64,000 nt of DNA from Balanoglossus misakiensis (GCA_040954595.2 CM082589.2:2225498-2289497); one strand, 5' to 3'; positions 1 through 11,054 are shown, counted from the first letter of the stretch. The notes: generated from the letters alone by a model not told the origin. Numbers and translations: made by a program.

Positions 1-954
1 GGGATAATTAAGCCATTGCAGACAAATGTCTAGGTAGGTCTGTATACTGACTCCCTAACTTTCCCGAATTAAACATGGCTTGTGACATTTCCTTAAATTG
101 GAATACAATTTTGAGTGATAATTTAAATATCAAATGACTTCTATAAATCGTTTGCAATTTATTGAAAATAAGTTTAGACTTTCAATACGACATTTGGGAG
201 CATATCGATCGTGTACGTAAAATCGTTTCAGGTATCAAGACCTACCCTAGTTCAAACCCTATTATCTTGTCTCCACTTGACTTAATAATCACGCGAAATT
301 ACATATATGTTTGTTATTTGCCACTCGAGCGGTTTCCGTAAGGCGCCACGAGCGGTCATTTCACCTGTACGTTGCTGCATGGTGGCGCTGTGGTCGTGCA
401 ATGAAAACCATCCACCGCAAAAGTCAAAATTGGTCACACAGTTCCGAAGCAAAGGCTAATAAAGTAACTGTTTCCATAGCTGACTCTCTTATCACAAAAG
501 TCACGGACTGAATTCCTCTTAGACAGTTTATACTGACAGGCCTTACTTTTTTATCGCCATTAGCGGTCGGTTCAACAACAATGTATTGTCACCAACCGAC
601 ATTGAAAACGTTACGCAATTTTTTGCCGTGTCACCGTGATAACCGTGCCGTGATCTACATTCATTCGGAGTCACAATTCAAGTCTGGCAAATCCCTTCGA
701 AGGACAATACATTGTTGTTCAATAGCTTCCTGGTATTGTGATGCGTTTTCGCGAAGCAAGAAAAGAGAGTAATGGGAAACGTGTCCAAGCATGTCCTGGA
801 TTTCTGTTACCTGGGTAGAGGTATTGAATTGAAGGGTCCTGGGACTGTACACAGAAACATCTATAAATATTTCAGGGCCGGCACCGGATTTCCGAATGTA
901 AATAAATCATGTATGACCGATCTGGAAGACGTCAGGTTGTAATGCCTCAGAAAT

Positions 955-983
955 AACAACAACAACAACAACAACAACAACAA
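955..983. repeat. (AAC)~9 microsatellite
   Basis: Directly visible. Confidence 0.95.
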
Positions 984-1221
984 AGATGATGGTGATGACG
1001 TTGACCTTCAAGCTTCTGTCGTGTTGTTTTTACAGGCCATTGGTAATGCCAGATCTATTTGCCATATGGACGCTCACATACCACTCTAAGGCTCAGACGT
1101 ATAAACCGTTGAGTGAATCGAAGCAACACCAAGGTTATCGTCTGTCTGGTATGGTAATGAATTTGTGCGTTTGAAGTCCTGTCCAATACCTTTGAACTAC
1201 GGCCAAGATTACACAGCCCAT

Positions 1222-1258
1222 CGCAACGCAACGCAACGCAACACACAGCAACACAGCA
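1222..1258. repeat. (CGCAA)4 followed by degenerate CAACACAG units
   Basis: Directly visible. Confidence 0.85.
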
Positions 1259-2179
1259 GAGCAAAGCACAACTGAACTGAGCCAATGTCATCACTTCCAC
1301 TGATGCGCTCATACTGACTACGCAAGTCACGGTTGTGAAGGCATCCGGCCAACCCTTATTGGTTGCTACCACTCCCCACTTTTTCCAAGCGCCTATGCGA
1401 TTCAAAGAAAAAAAGGCCAAACGATCAATACGTTTACAACATTTTGAGGTTTTCAAAACACCTTTTGAGTAGTGCTGTAAACAATTTCCGGGTCGTGTCT
1501 TACGCCATGCTTGGTCGTCATCACTTCAACTGGGCTTTAACAAGCATGGCGGGCGGAGGTCGTGACCTGTCACCCACAATTCAGCGTGCCTTGACCCCAT
1601 CCTGTTTTGCTAAACTGTCCTGGTTCTGCAGTGGAAAGTACGTAAGAGAGCCTCGGGCCATGACAACCACAACACGGTTTACCGATGGATATGTTTTATG
1701 ACTTCAGATGAAATTTACGGCCCTGCTTTTTCCGCCGCTCTCGTCTTTCAACACAAACAAAACTAGCGGCGCGGTAAATATCGGAGTGCTTTCGGACGGT
1801 CTCCCTCATCGGAAATCGCGATAATTAGTCATCCTTAATGAGCCAAGTGTCCCTGATCATAATTGTTATGATCAAGTACACCTTGAAAAATGTACACATT
1901 TTCACCACGTACCACACGTCAGGTGTTTACCTGTCCATGCCTTGATGAAGTATTTGAAAAGAACTATTTTGCAGTTGTCAAAGAAATAGTTACCGATGAA
2001 CTTTCGGTGATGTTCTTGTCAAAATCTTCCACCATTATTAGGCGTTCGACCCTTGATGTAAACATAAGTTCGTGACAATAAAGTCCTATAGGTAACGTAA
2101 ATGGAAAATTGTAACCAGAAAAACAAATCGGGATTTACCGTGGATGAAGAACGGCGAACTTGAAGCGCCTCTGGACGAC

Positions 2180-3305
2180 CACGTGATGACGTCTGGTCAA
2201 CATCGTCATAGTTACAGGATGATGACGATCCATACTCTCTGCCGTTAAAGAATGAGCTAAATATTATTTTCATGTCAGTAAAAAAAATAGATTGCATACA
2301 ATGAGACAAATGGCTTCGGGGAACCCGGTTTGCGTACCCTGACAGGAAAGCACGCTCGGCTTTGGAAAGCTATGACGTAGCAGCTGAGCCGAAAGTAGGG
2401 CACATGTCCCCGGCTTGTTTACACAGACCGGCGCTTCTTTGCCCGGTCTAGTCCTCTTTCCGACAAGTGATAGTAAAATCCTTTAAGTGGCGAACTAGTT
2501 CATCTCTTGTTTTGCCATCATAACCACTGTGCGCATGAGACGGGGGGGGGGGGGGGAGCTCGTCGGGATGAATGGCTGATGACGTCATGAAATTGCAGGA
2601 AACTTTACTTTTTTGTCCGGACAAAAGCCCCTCGGATCGCCTTTATGTTTTCCCATTCTACCGGGGTGGTATTTTCCCCCCATGGCTTTTCAGCCGGCAT
2701 TGTCCGCTTGTTGCGTCTCGCCTTTCTCTCCCGCCCCTCCGAGTTGAATTCATCGGGGTTCTCTGTAATGGGCACATTCCATTCACTTTGGAGGGGTGGA
2801 AACCCCTGAACAAGTATTGCATTCAGCATAGAACGGGATATTTGACAAATACAGAAAGGGCACATTTAAATCGAGTGATCGAGACAAGACATCAGTAATC
2901 GCGTTAACTAAAACGCATAGAAAAGACAAAAACGTTTCTAGTCACATTTGTGGTTAAAATCCTGGAGAGAAAAAAGCGAGTTCGTTTAGATTGACGTCAC
3001 TGTCTAAACGCAGCTAAAATGCGACCACTCGCACAATACGGTAACTTTCTTCCGACAATATTTTCTGTCCGCCGCCGGAAGTTCCTGTTGATTTGTAACA
3101 AGCGCAAAACAACTTACCCACCCACGCCAAACAGTGGAAGCACCAACCCGTGTCCCCATCAGTTCACGTTCGAAAACTTCCCCCTCCCCGAACAGTAATG
3201 GCACGGTCCGAAGCACACTCGTCGGCAGGACAAAAGCGCCCTCATGAATATTTCATGAGGTGGAAAAGTTTAAAAGAATCTCTCGTTATAGAATGCATCT
3301 CACTG
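2180..3305. promoter_or_regulatory. Putative TPMT promoter region, possibly bidirectional
   Basis: Full CRE palindromes TGACGTCA at 2580-2587 and 2992-2999, E-box CACGTG at 2180-2185, ETS site GCCGGAAGT at 3074-3082, and the palindrome CCTCATGAA-TAT-TTCATGAGG at 3240-3260. Motif matches only. Confidence 0.45.
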
Positions 3306-3420
3306 AGCAGCTGGTACGCGGAATCAGCTGACTTGCCTGAGCAAACTCGACGAAGGGTATATTACAAGATAATCACCAACGCGAAGAAAAAAGTGTCACA
3401 GCAAATCCTCAACATCTCAG
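3302..3420 (+). other. TPMT: Probable non-coding first (5' UTR) exon of TPMT
   Basis: Consensus donor CAG|GTGAGT at 3420/3421. TATA-like TTTAAAAG at 3269-3276 lies about 30 nt before an Inr-like TCACT (3300-3304). The exon has no ATG, and the ATG-bearing exon starts with an acceptor (6729), so an upstream exon is required. The start coordinate is inferred. Confidence 0.55.
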
Positions 3421-6400
3421 GTGAGTTTTCACTTCTTCTTATTTAGTTCTCCGCACGTGTTCGCAAACTTAAACATTGGCGACTTCGTAACAAGTCGAGA
3501 GCCATTCTCTATTGAAGATGTGAAGTGAATTCATTTTACGAGCGACACTAAAATAAGAATCTTTTGCGGTCACACCTTAATATATATGAGATCCTTCGAA
3601 CGCTTCTCTTATCGATGTGCCATCATTATCATCATGCATCGGCAACACCAATATTTCTATCTTGGTAATTTTTAACATCATTGTCGCTGACCGCCGCAGA
3701 TTTTTGTGTTTGAGCTAATGGGACTCCTGACTGGTGCCGGAGACTAGAGCCTCTCGACTGGCCCAGTGAACTTTTCACACTTCACCGACCCCTGTGATTC
3801 GACCCAGTGACAAATCGGTCTCGGCTTTTCAACATTCCCGCCTAAAACGCACGCAATAAGTGAACCATCACACGTAGCAGTTTCCAGCCGGTATGGATGG
3901 TCGCAGGTCAACCTACACTTAAGTCATCGCGCCGGGGTTTACACCAAAATTTCATAATAATTTCCGGTCACCTTTTGGAATGAGGCCAAATATTATGACT
4001 GACAAAAGGGAAAGGGGCACGCGTGAGTTGTAAACACGATATTAATTTAAGAAAACTAATTGCCCCGGATACTTTCAATTTGAAATATAATATGATAAAT
4101 CTGAACATAGTCGGCTTTCCAACTGACTTGACCGACGCAGCTTAAATCACCGCGACTGTTCGCTATCACGGCGGGCGCACCGGTGCATGACAACCAGTGG
4201 AGTGCACTTTCAGTTGACCAACAGACTTCATCTTTATTCAAACGAGAAGGTATAGCTTTACCCACTTGCTTTCCGTGACGCAAGCCTCGCAGACAGACCC
4301 CTTTTTGTGTCGCCCGTCTGACCTGGGAAGGTCAGAGTCGAAATCAGTGAGTGTCGACACGGATGATGCACTATTAAGCCAGGCGGTCGCGGGGTTGTCA
4401 GTTCAATTTTACCGCGTTCAGGTATATGTACGTCTCAACGGCGATTCGAGAGGCCAATCCGGCGTCCTCAGGCTTCTGAGCGTGGACACACCGTCGCGCA
4501 ACCACCTCGTAGTTTCCTCCTAAGAAAACACGGTTATGAGTACGTGTAGCAAGCCCGTTTATACTCTGACCCCGTCCCCTCCTCAGAGCCCTTAATTTGA
4601 AAACTCGTCGTGTGCCGCGTTGACTAAAGAGGTGGCCAACCGGCCAATATATGCACACTGGTCCAGTCGTCACCCTCAAATACATGTACGTTGGACAACG
4701 CTCTCTGTTTATCAATACAGGAAAATTGTGGCGATGAACAGAAAAGGGGCAGTGGGGCTTATACAAATAACCTAGGGATAAATACGTTGTTACGAAACAT
4801 GTTAAGTAGCCTTGGTTTGAAAACACAGTCTGAGAGGTGCCGTAGAAGACAACATTCTACTCGGCGATTTTCTCAAGTTTGCTGATGATGCGGATCCGGG
4901 CTCTCCTGCTTCCGCCAGGAGATCTCAAATAACGAACGCATGTCTTTTCCTGCGACCGACTGGCAACACCACACTATTAGACGTCCTTTGGTGTTTAGAA
5001 ATCACAGGCGCGTGAATTGATTTGGATGCCGTGTTTCTTGCGACCCAATTTGAAGTTCTTTGTGGGTCGCTCACAAAGAGCATATATAAGAGTGTGGTTC
5101 AATACATAAACGTTACTACTCTGAAGAACGAATATGTGGGTTTGGGTCGCCCAGACTGGCGTGTCTCTCGCATAAGGGGAAGTGTCCATTGTTGGCGAAT
5201 GACGCCCGTAACAAATCTTACATTATAGTCAACTCTCTACAGGGGCAGCCCGCTCTTGTTTAGCGACCGTAATTATCCAAAGACGCTGTGAATCCGTGTG
5301 CAAAACTATTCAAGGAGATCTCACTTGATGAGCGCCCCGGATTGTTCAAGGCGACAGAACCCATGCGGTTTTTCAATGGCGGGTTCCCTTCTCACATTGT
5401 TGCAAGACCTTGGCGACCGACAGACCTATCTGGTTGGCATGTCCATCAAGGCAATCTCCGGCGAGGAGGATTGTCTGTCGAGACAAATGCGTGAAAACAC
5501 ACGGCGAATAAAGGGGAAGCCCGCTATATCCGACCACAGGAAGTCGGGAGGGGGAGAGGGGGGGGGGGGCATTTCAGTCGTGTCTATCGTCTGCAGTTTC
5601 TTGTTCTAATCCCTCCAATCTTTAAATGACCTGCATACACTGCCGCCATGTTCAGTCATTGTCATGTAGTTTACGTCCAGGTATCATTCCTGTTGTCAAC
5701 AATGACAATGCACATTGCAGACATAAGTTGACCGTGTTGGCGAGCCCATTATTGTCAAAGGTATTGCATCATACTGAGGGGTCCATAACATTGCTGACAA
5801 CTTCAATAACAGTTGCTGCCCAGAACACAAAATAAACATATCAAAAGGAATGGTGGCTCTTTGTGCATGTTACATGCAGTGGTTGGAACTCAACGTGACA
5901 GACTTTGGACACGCGGCACTTTCACTCAATCTTATGATGTGTACACAGGCGGTTTTTTGGCCCACACCGCCATGCTACTTCTGTGCAAACCATCAATCGA
6001 CCTGAGAGCCTATTCAGCTTATGAATGTCCTTTCGTCTGTTTCAACGTTGCTATGCACATGCGGAGATATGCAGGGACAGTTCTAGAAAGCACCATCAAA
6101 GTTCAGGCAGTGTTCAAGTCACTTTCAAGGGATATATTCCTTTGAAATACATGTAGGACCTGGCAACCAGTCACAGTTGAAGTTGTTTGCTGATACGCGC
6201 ACATGAGTTGCGTATTAGTCTAGATACATGCGCAGTGGTGATGACCGATTTATTGCATGACACTGTTGAATAAAGCTAAGTGTATCAGTCTTTGACTTGT
6301 TTTCGGCAGAAACCTTCTCATTGTGTTCTGCTGAACCTTGGCTGAATCGAACCTGCGCACGTGATGTTTACTGCGACCATACTGTCGATTTTCACGGGTG

Positions 6401-6761
6401 GATGGAGCCGAATTGGCCGGCGCATCGACTCGTAAACGGACAACTTGGACGGCACACGGCACGTGACGACACATCGCGGTGACACATGACGTCACAGATC
6501 ACAACTTTACCGATTGCATGAAAATAGTCGAGGATCGAGACCCACTCAACGGATACATGGCCGTTCTCTCCATGACAGACAGTCTTTCGTTTGTGCCACA
6601 CAAGCGATGGTGGCGCCGTTCAAAAAACAATAACAGACACTTGTGGAAGAATTGCTCTTTGTGGTTTAAGGAGAAAGAAAACGTTGTGATGTGTGAATTT
6701 AATTAATCGTCCTCCATTTACTTTCTCAGGGAGTTTACATTAAGGATTACTGCAAGTCATA

Positions 6762-6985
6762 ATGGCAGACGTCGCGAAGGAAAATGGCGTGGTCGAGAAA
6801 GCGAATGGCGTCGAGAAGAAACCAATCAAGAATGGCGTCAAGGCAGTCGAACAGAATACCGAACGGACGACAAGGAAAAGGAAAAATCAATTTGGGGATG
6901 ACGATGATGAATATATGACGGTTGATATTTGGCGTAAACGATGGAAGAGAGGCCAAACTAAATTCCACATGCAAAAAGTCCACCC
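6762..6985 (+). CDS. TPMT: TPMT coding exon 1 (exon begins at 6730 in the 5' UTR)
   Basis: Acceptor ctttctcAG at 6728-6729, ATG at 6762 in context ataATGG, donor GTAAGT at 6986. Encodes MADVAKENG...WRKRWKRGQTKFHMQKVH. Confidence 0.92.
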
Positions 6986-8416
6986 GTAAGTGCATCTGTC
7001 CGTTTGTCTATCTGCCTGCCTGCCTGTCTGTGTGTTTGTCTGTCTGCATACTCCTCTCTGTTTGACGATAGCCGTCTCTACGTTTTAGCCAAGCTATCGA
7101 TATAAAGCAATCACACTACCCTTACAATAGCAAAGGACATTTACTTTAACTATGTAATTAACGTTACCTTTACAGAGTATTGGAGAAGAACTTCGACTGG
7201 CTCACGAAGGGTGAAAGCAAGCGCCGGGTATTTCTGCCACTTTGCGGGAAGTCATTAGATCTGAAATGGTAAGCAGAAGTTCATTACTAAATTATGAATT
7301 ATATCCTTAACGCGTGTGATATAAAGTTGTGGGTTCTGGTATTTTATTATGGCCATAGCAACTTTAAATGTATGCTGTTATTGTAAAATTCATATCCCCA
7401 TAAATGTCGCCACCGGACCCTCCAACAATGATTTGAAGCAATTTCCTTTCCCGTTTTCCCGTCAGGCTTGTTGATAAGGGCCAAGTCGTGATTGGCAATG
7501 AGTGTTCTTCGGAAGGAGTCGAGCAGTTTTTCGATGAACATAATTTAGAGTACACGAAGCAGGCTTTGGAAAATATCGATGGGGATGTGTACAAGGTGAG
7601 CGTTAACAGTTTGCCCACGATTACTAGTAAACCCCAGTTCCCCTAATGTTCAACTTGTTACTTGAAGTTGACGTTGACACCTTGGTTACATTCACGGCAT
7701 GTATCATTAATTTTATCCCTTTTCTTTACAGGCTAAAGACACAGACATAAGCATTTATTGTTGTGACTATTTTGCATTGAAAGAGGACATTATTGGTACG
7801 TTTGATTGCATCTGGGACAGAGGTTCTCTGGCCGCCATAGATCCAAAAGACAGAGTCAGGTAAGTTTAGCGCCCCCTACGCCATGGAACATTTGGCTTTT
7901 CTTTATGGTGAAATCGTCACGTTATGATACCCAACGACCCTGTTATCAAAAGGTATTATATCTTACTATTATTTTTTAACACTCAAATATTCACAGATAT
8001 GCAAAAGTGATGGGGCCGTTACTGAAGAAAGATGGACGTTATCTTTTGGACTCATTTCAAGTCGACCATGGTGCATTTATTGGTCCGCCGTACGAAATCA
8101 AACCGGAAGAAGTAAAAGAAATATACAGTAAGACAATCAGTTATACATTCATTCAAGTTCGGGTTGTAAATGTCCGTACAGTTCTGTTACGTTTCTACAC
8201 TTTTTTGCAACTTGTGACTCTGTTTTTTTCCCTTACATTTCCACGCTATTTCTACGTCACATAGGTGAATACTTCAATGTGGACAGGAAGATGACACGAG
8301 ACGCTATGTCGCAATGGCAGAGGGAATGGGGCGTCGCCTACTTCATTCAGGACGTCTATCACATCACACCGAAGGTCGAAGAGGAGAAAGACAAACCCGC
8401 ATGCGCAGAAGACTAA
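6762..8416 (+). CDS. TPMT: Thiopurine S-methyltransferase family protein, spliced CDS join(6762-6985,7176-7268,7466-7595,7732-7859,7997-8127,8265-8416), 858 nt, 285 aa
   Basis: Manual splicing at GT-AG sites gives one open frame with compatible phases (2,2,0,2,1), ending at TAA 8414-8416. TPMT motifs are present: WRKRWKRGQTKFH, RVFLPLCGKSLDLKWL, VIGNECS, IYCCDYF, FDCIWDRGSLAAIDP, GPPY, EWG and VYHIT. Confidence 0.96.
6995..7047. repeat. Short degenerate CCTG/TCTG tract at the start of the TPMT intron after coding exon 1
   Basis: ctgtccgtttgtctatctgcctgcctgcctgtctgtgtgtttgtctgtctgc. Confidence 0.8.
7176..7268 (+). CDS. TPMT: TPMT coding exon 2 (93 nt)
   Basis: tttacAG acceptor, GTAAGC donor. 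Encodes VLEKNFDWLTKGESKRRVFLPLCGKSLDLK (SAM-binding motif I). Confidence 0.95.
7466..7595 (+). CDS. TPMT: TPMT coding exon 3 (130 nt)
   Basis: Polypyrimidine tract then gtcAG acceptor, GTGAGC donor. Encodes LVDKGQVVIGNECSSEGVEQFFDEHNL...VYK. Confidence 0.95.
7732..7859 (+). CDS. TPMT: TPMT coding exon 4 (128 nt)
   Basis: ttttctttacAG acceptor, GTAAGT donor. Encodes AKDTDISIYCCDYF...FDCIWDRGSLAAIDPKDRV. Confidence 0.95.
7997..8127 (+). CDS. TPMT: TPMT coding exon 5 (131 nt)
   Basis: ttcacAG acceptor, GTAAGA donor. Encodes YAKVMGPLLKKDGRYLL...GPPYEIKPEEVKEIY. Confidence 0.94.
8265..8416 (+). CDS. TPMT: TPMT terminal coding exon
   Basis: cacatAG acceptor. Encodes EYFNVDRKMTRDAMSQWQREWGVAYFIQDVYHITPKVEEEKDKPACAED-stop. 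Confidence 0.93.
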
Positions 8417-9376
8417 GGGAGAGGCCGGCTGGAACACACAGACTGGCGAACCGGTTATTCAACACGTGAAACTTGTCTTTGAATTCAAGCTAATCAGGAA
8501 CGACAGCTATTTATTTATCCAACTGCTACTCTTATGACCGGACTTTTTTATCAACCAGTTTGTGCAAGTATTTTAGGTCACAAAGAGACCACAGAAAAAA
8601 AAACTTACTTACAGAGGAAGAATTTTAGCAATTTCAGTCATTTTTATAGATGTACGAGTATTATATATCTACTTGTATTCTTGGTATAGTCTTTTCGAAA
8701 GCAGGTCCATATGTATTCAGGTTTCTTAAACAACAAACGAAGACATCATATATACGCACATATATATATACAAACTGTGGCAAGACATGAGATTCTTTCT
8801 TGATTTTTGCTATCTACAATCAAATGCAGTAAAACACTAATATAATGGGTGAATTTTATGATTGTCGCGGGATTGTCTTAGTATCCAGCTTAATATAATA
8901 TTTATTTTAAATATTGATGAGATAGTTTCGAAGACTGTAGGCTAAAGTTCCACAATGCACATGCGTGGAAGAAAGTCATGCCTTTACCCGCGGCTGTTGG
9001 GTGGCCATGCCTATCACGTGACTGTCTCGCGACTGCTGTCAAATGGATAACTGTATCACAGCCGCTTGTATGACGCTTAGATTCATGAATTTCATCCCTA
9101 CACCTGTGTTGTACTATTCCTACTCAAATATTTTTATTTTCTCACAAATATATATTTTTGTAGCTTTTAAAGAAAAATAACTTAGTGAACACATGTTTTG
9201 TAATTTTCATTTTCATGTTATTTCACATTCTCTCTTCCCCTCCATCTCTCTCTTCAAAACCTTAATTACCATGGTAAACCGTTATCTTTCTATTAGCGGT
9301 CGGTACCGCGGTATTTTCCTGAATACACTTAGTCGCACTCCATGTTTTCATGAAAATTTTAGTTCACCGCAGCCAC

Positions 9377-9382
9377 AATAAA
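9377..9382 (+). terminator. Candidate TPMT polyadenylation signal
   Basis: First AATAAA I found on + after the TPMT stop, about 960 nt downstream of an AT-rich 3' UTR. An ATTTATTTA AU-rich element lies at 8509-8517. Confidence 0.3.
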
Positions 9383-10533
9383 AAATTAATGACTCCACAT
9401 CTCGCCTCGTGTCTGTTTCATATTTTGCCCGGGAGGGAAAACAAGATAAAAGTTTTACGATTTACATGCCGATTCTCACTGTTGAAGATGCGATCGACTA
9501 AGTGGGCAGGTAAGGAGATGGAACAAGGTAAAATGGGCCTCACTTGCGCATTTCGTTGGACCTCATATTACTCTTTGCAGTCACCATGCCGTGGTCTTGG
9601 CATTATGACCTCGGTGCGATTCAAAATGGCTGCCCCCAGCAATAAGATGGGATAATGGAATTCAGGCTCCTAGGAAAAGGGGGCCACGTTCTGCTTTTAT
9701 GCAGTGTGTACAATGCGTGCTGATGAGAACCAACCTGGTCTAGACCTTGACTCCTGCCGTCTCGAGGGGCCATTGGCGATATTACAAACCGGCCGGCTGT
9801 TCAGCCACGATACAGCTAACCCACTACTGACAAGCGCCATCGCCGGCAGATATCGAGAGAGAGGTAGAGTGTGGGGGAGGAGAGAAGGGGACAGACAGAC
9901 AAACTATCAAGCAGGTGAATTGATAGTGAAACTATCTTTTATGATTTCGTCATAATACATAAATATGGCTAATGTTAGGTGGCATAGGTGTATAGAAACA
10001 TATCGCGTGTGTTACTCGCAAAATCCATGTTTGTTGGAGGAGATCGAATGTTGCTGTTGTACCTTAAAAGTACACAGTACTCCATATCTGTCAGTTTCAA
10101 TTAACGCCGTTATCGCGTGAAATCAACAGAGAAATGGACAGCCATTAAGTTCATTTCACTGTGACAGGGCGCGTTCCATTGATAAACAATGTGTCAATCA
10201 CAAATTGTATTCAAAATGCAAAATGCAACAGTTTTCATACAACAAGGCAGGATGTAGGTTGATACTGCATGAAACGTGACACCATGCAAATTTAATTACT
10301 TTACCACATATCAACACGATTTTTTAGTCTATCGATCTGCAACATCTTAGAAGCAGGTCACAGCCCTGTTTTGAACTCAGGGCCTTATGAAAGAACCACC
10401 GTGACTTCATGCTTGGCGTGGATTTTTACCAATTAATGTAATTGAAGTATTCATTTCGTATCCCGAAGCTACTTTAATTTTGTCATCGATTATTCATGAA
10501 TATTTTATGTCAAGTTAAGCAACTGAATGTCGC

Positions 10534-10655
10534 TGTATGTATGTATGTATGTATGTATGTATGTATGTATGTATGTATGTATGTATGTATGTATGTATGT
10601 ATGTATGTATGTATGTATGTATGTATGTATGTATGTATGTATGTATGTATGTATG
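10534..10655. repeat. (TGTA)~30 perfect microsatellite
   Basis: Directly visible. Confidence 0.99.
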
Positions 10656-11054
10656 GATAGCTATAGTAAAATTTTGGTTCATTCGCTTTTTATTTTTCTC
10701 GTGGCGATCCACTGAACAGAGAGGACAGCTGGTGAGTTTGCATTGACCGGTACATACCGATTATCAATCTCTTGATCGAATTAGTAAAGCTGTCAATTTG
10801 CAAACGGTGTTTATTTCAGCGATTTGCATGCCCGTTGGTCATCGTCTTGTCAAACTCATTACGTTGATTAACATCGCCCGGCGGCGGCGAGAGCCGAGAT
10901 CCCGGCGATGTGGTCTGTCCTCGTATAAGGATATACACTCGGCTCATGCAGAGGTGGAGTGAATCAGATCGATTGAAGACGATTTCTATGAAGTAGACCA
11001 GGGCTGGTGTTCGAATTTTCGGCCATGGGTACAGTGTCCGAAAGATTGAGTACT

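Larger units (their letters stand above)
661..3159 (-). other. Candidate multi-exon transcript divergent from TPMT (orphan gene, lncRNA or decayed gene)
   Basis: Chain of GT-AG bounded segments on -: up to 3118, 2805-2609, 2238-2139, 2085-1931, 1625-1504, 1392-1319, 1141-1082, 810-661. The first three and the last three join in frame, while the middle two carry stops. No homology recognised. Confidence 0.3.

Noticed and set aside
318-362. Minus-strand AUGA-led hairpin as a possible SECIS
   Set aside because: The stem is only 7 bp, the 3' GA of the quartet is missing, and there is no AA at the proper distance.
1579-1592. Minus-strand AAGGCACGCTGAAT resembles mature miR-124 with a 2-nt deletion
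   Set aside because: No complementary arm forms a precursor, and no + transcript is evident that would make it a target site.
559-9304. Shared 13-mer ATTAGCGGTCGGT at 559 and 9292
   Set aside because: Matches of this length are expected by chance in 64 kb, and the flanks do not align.
10515-10746. MYVC and IHTY repeat ORFs
   Set aside because: Translation of the (TGTA)n microsatellite.
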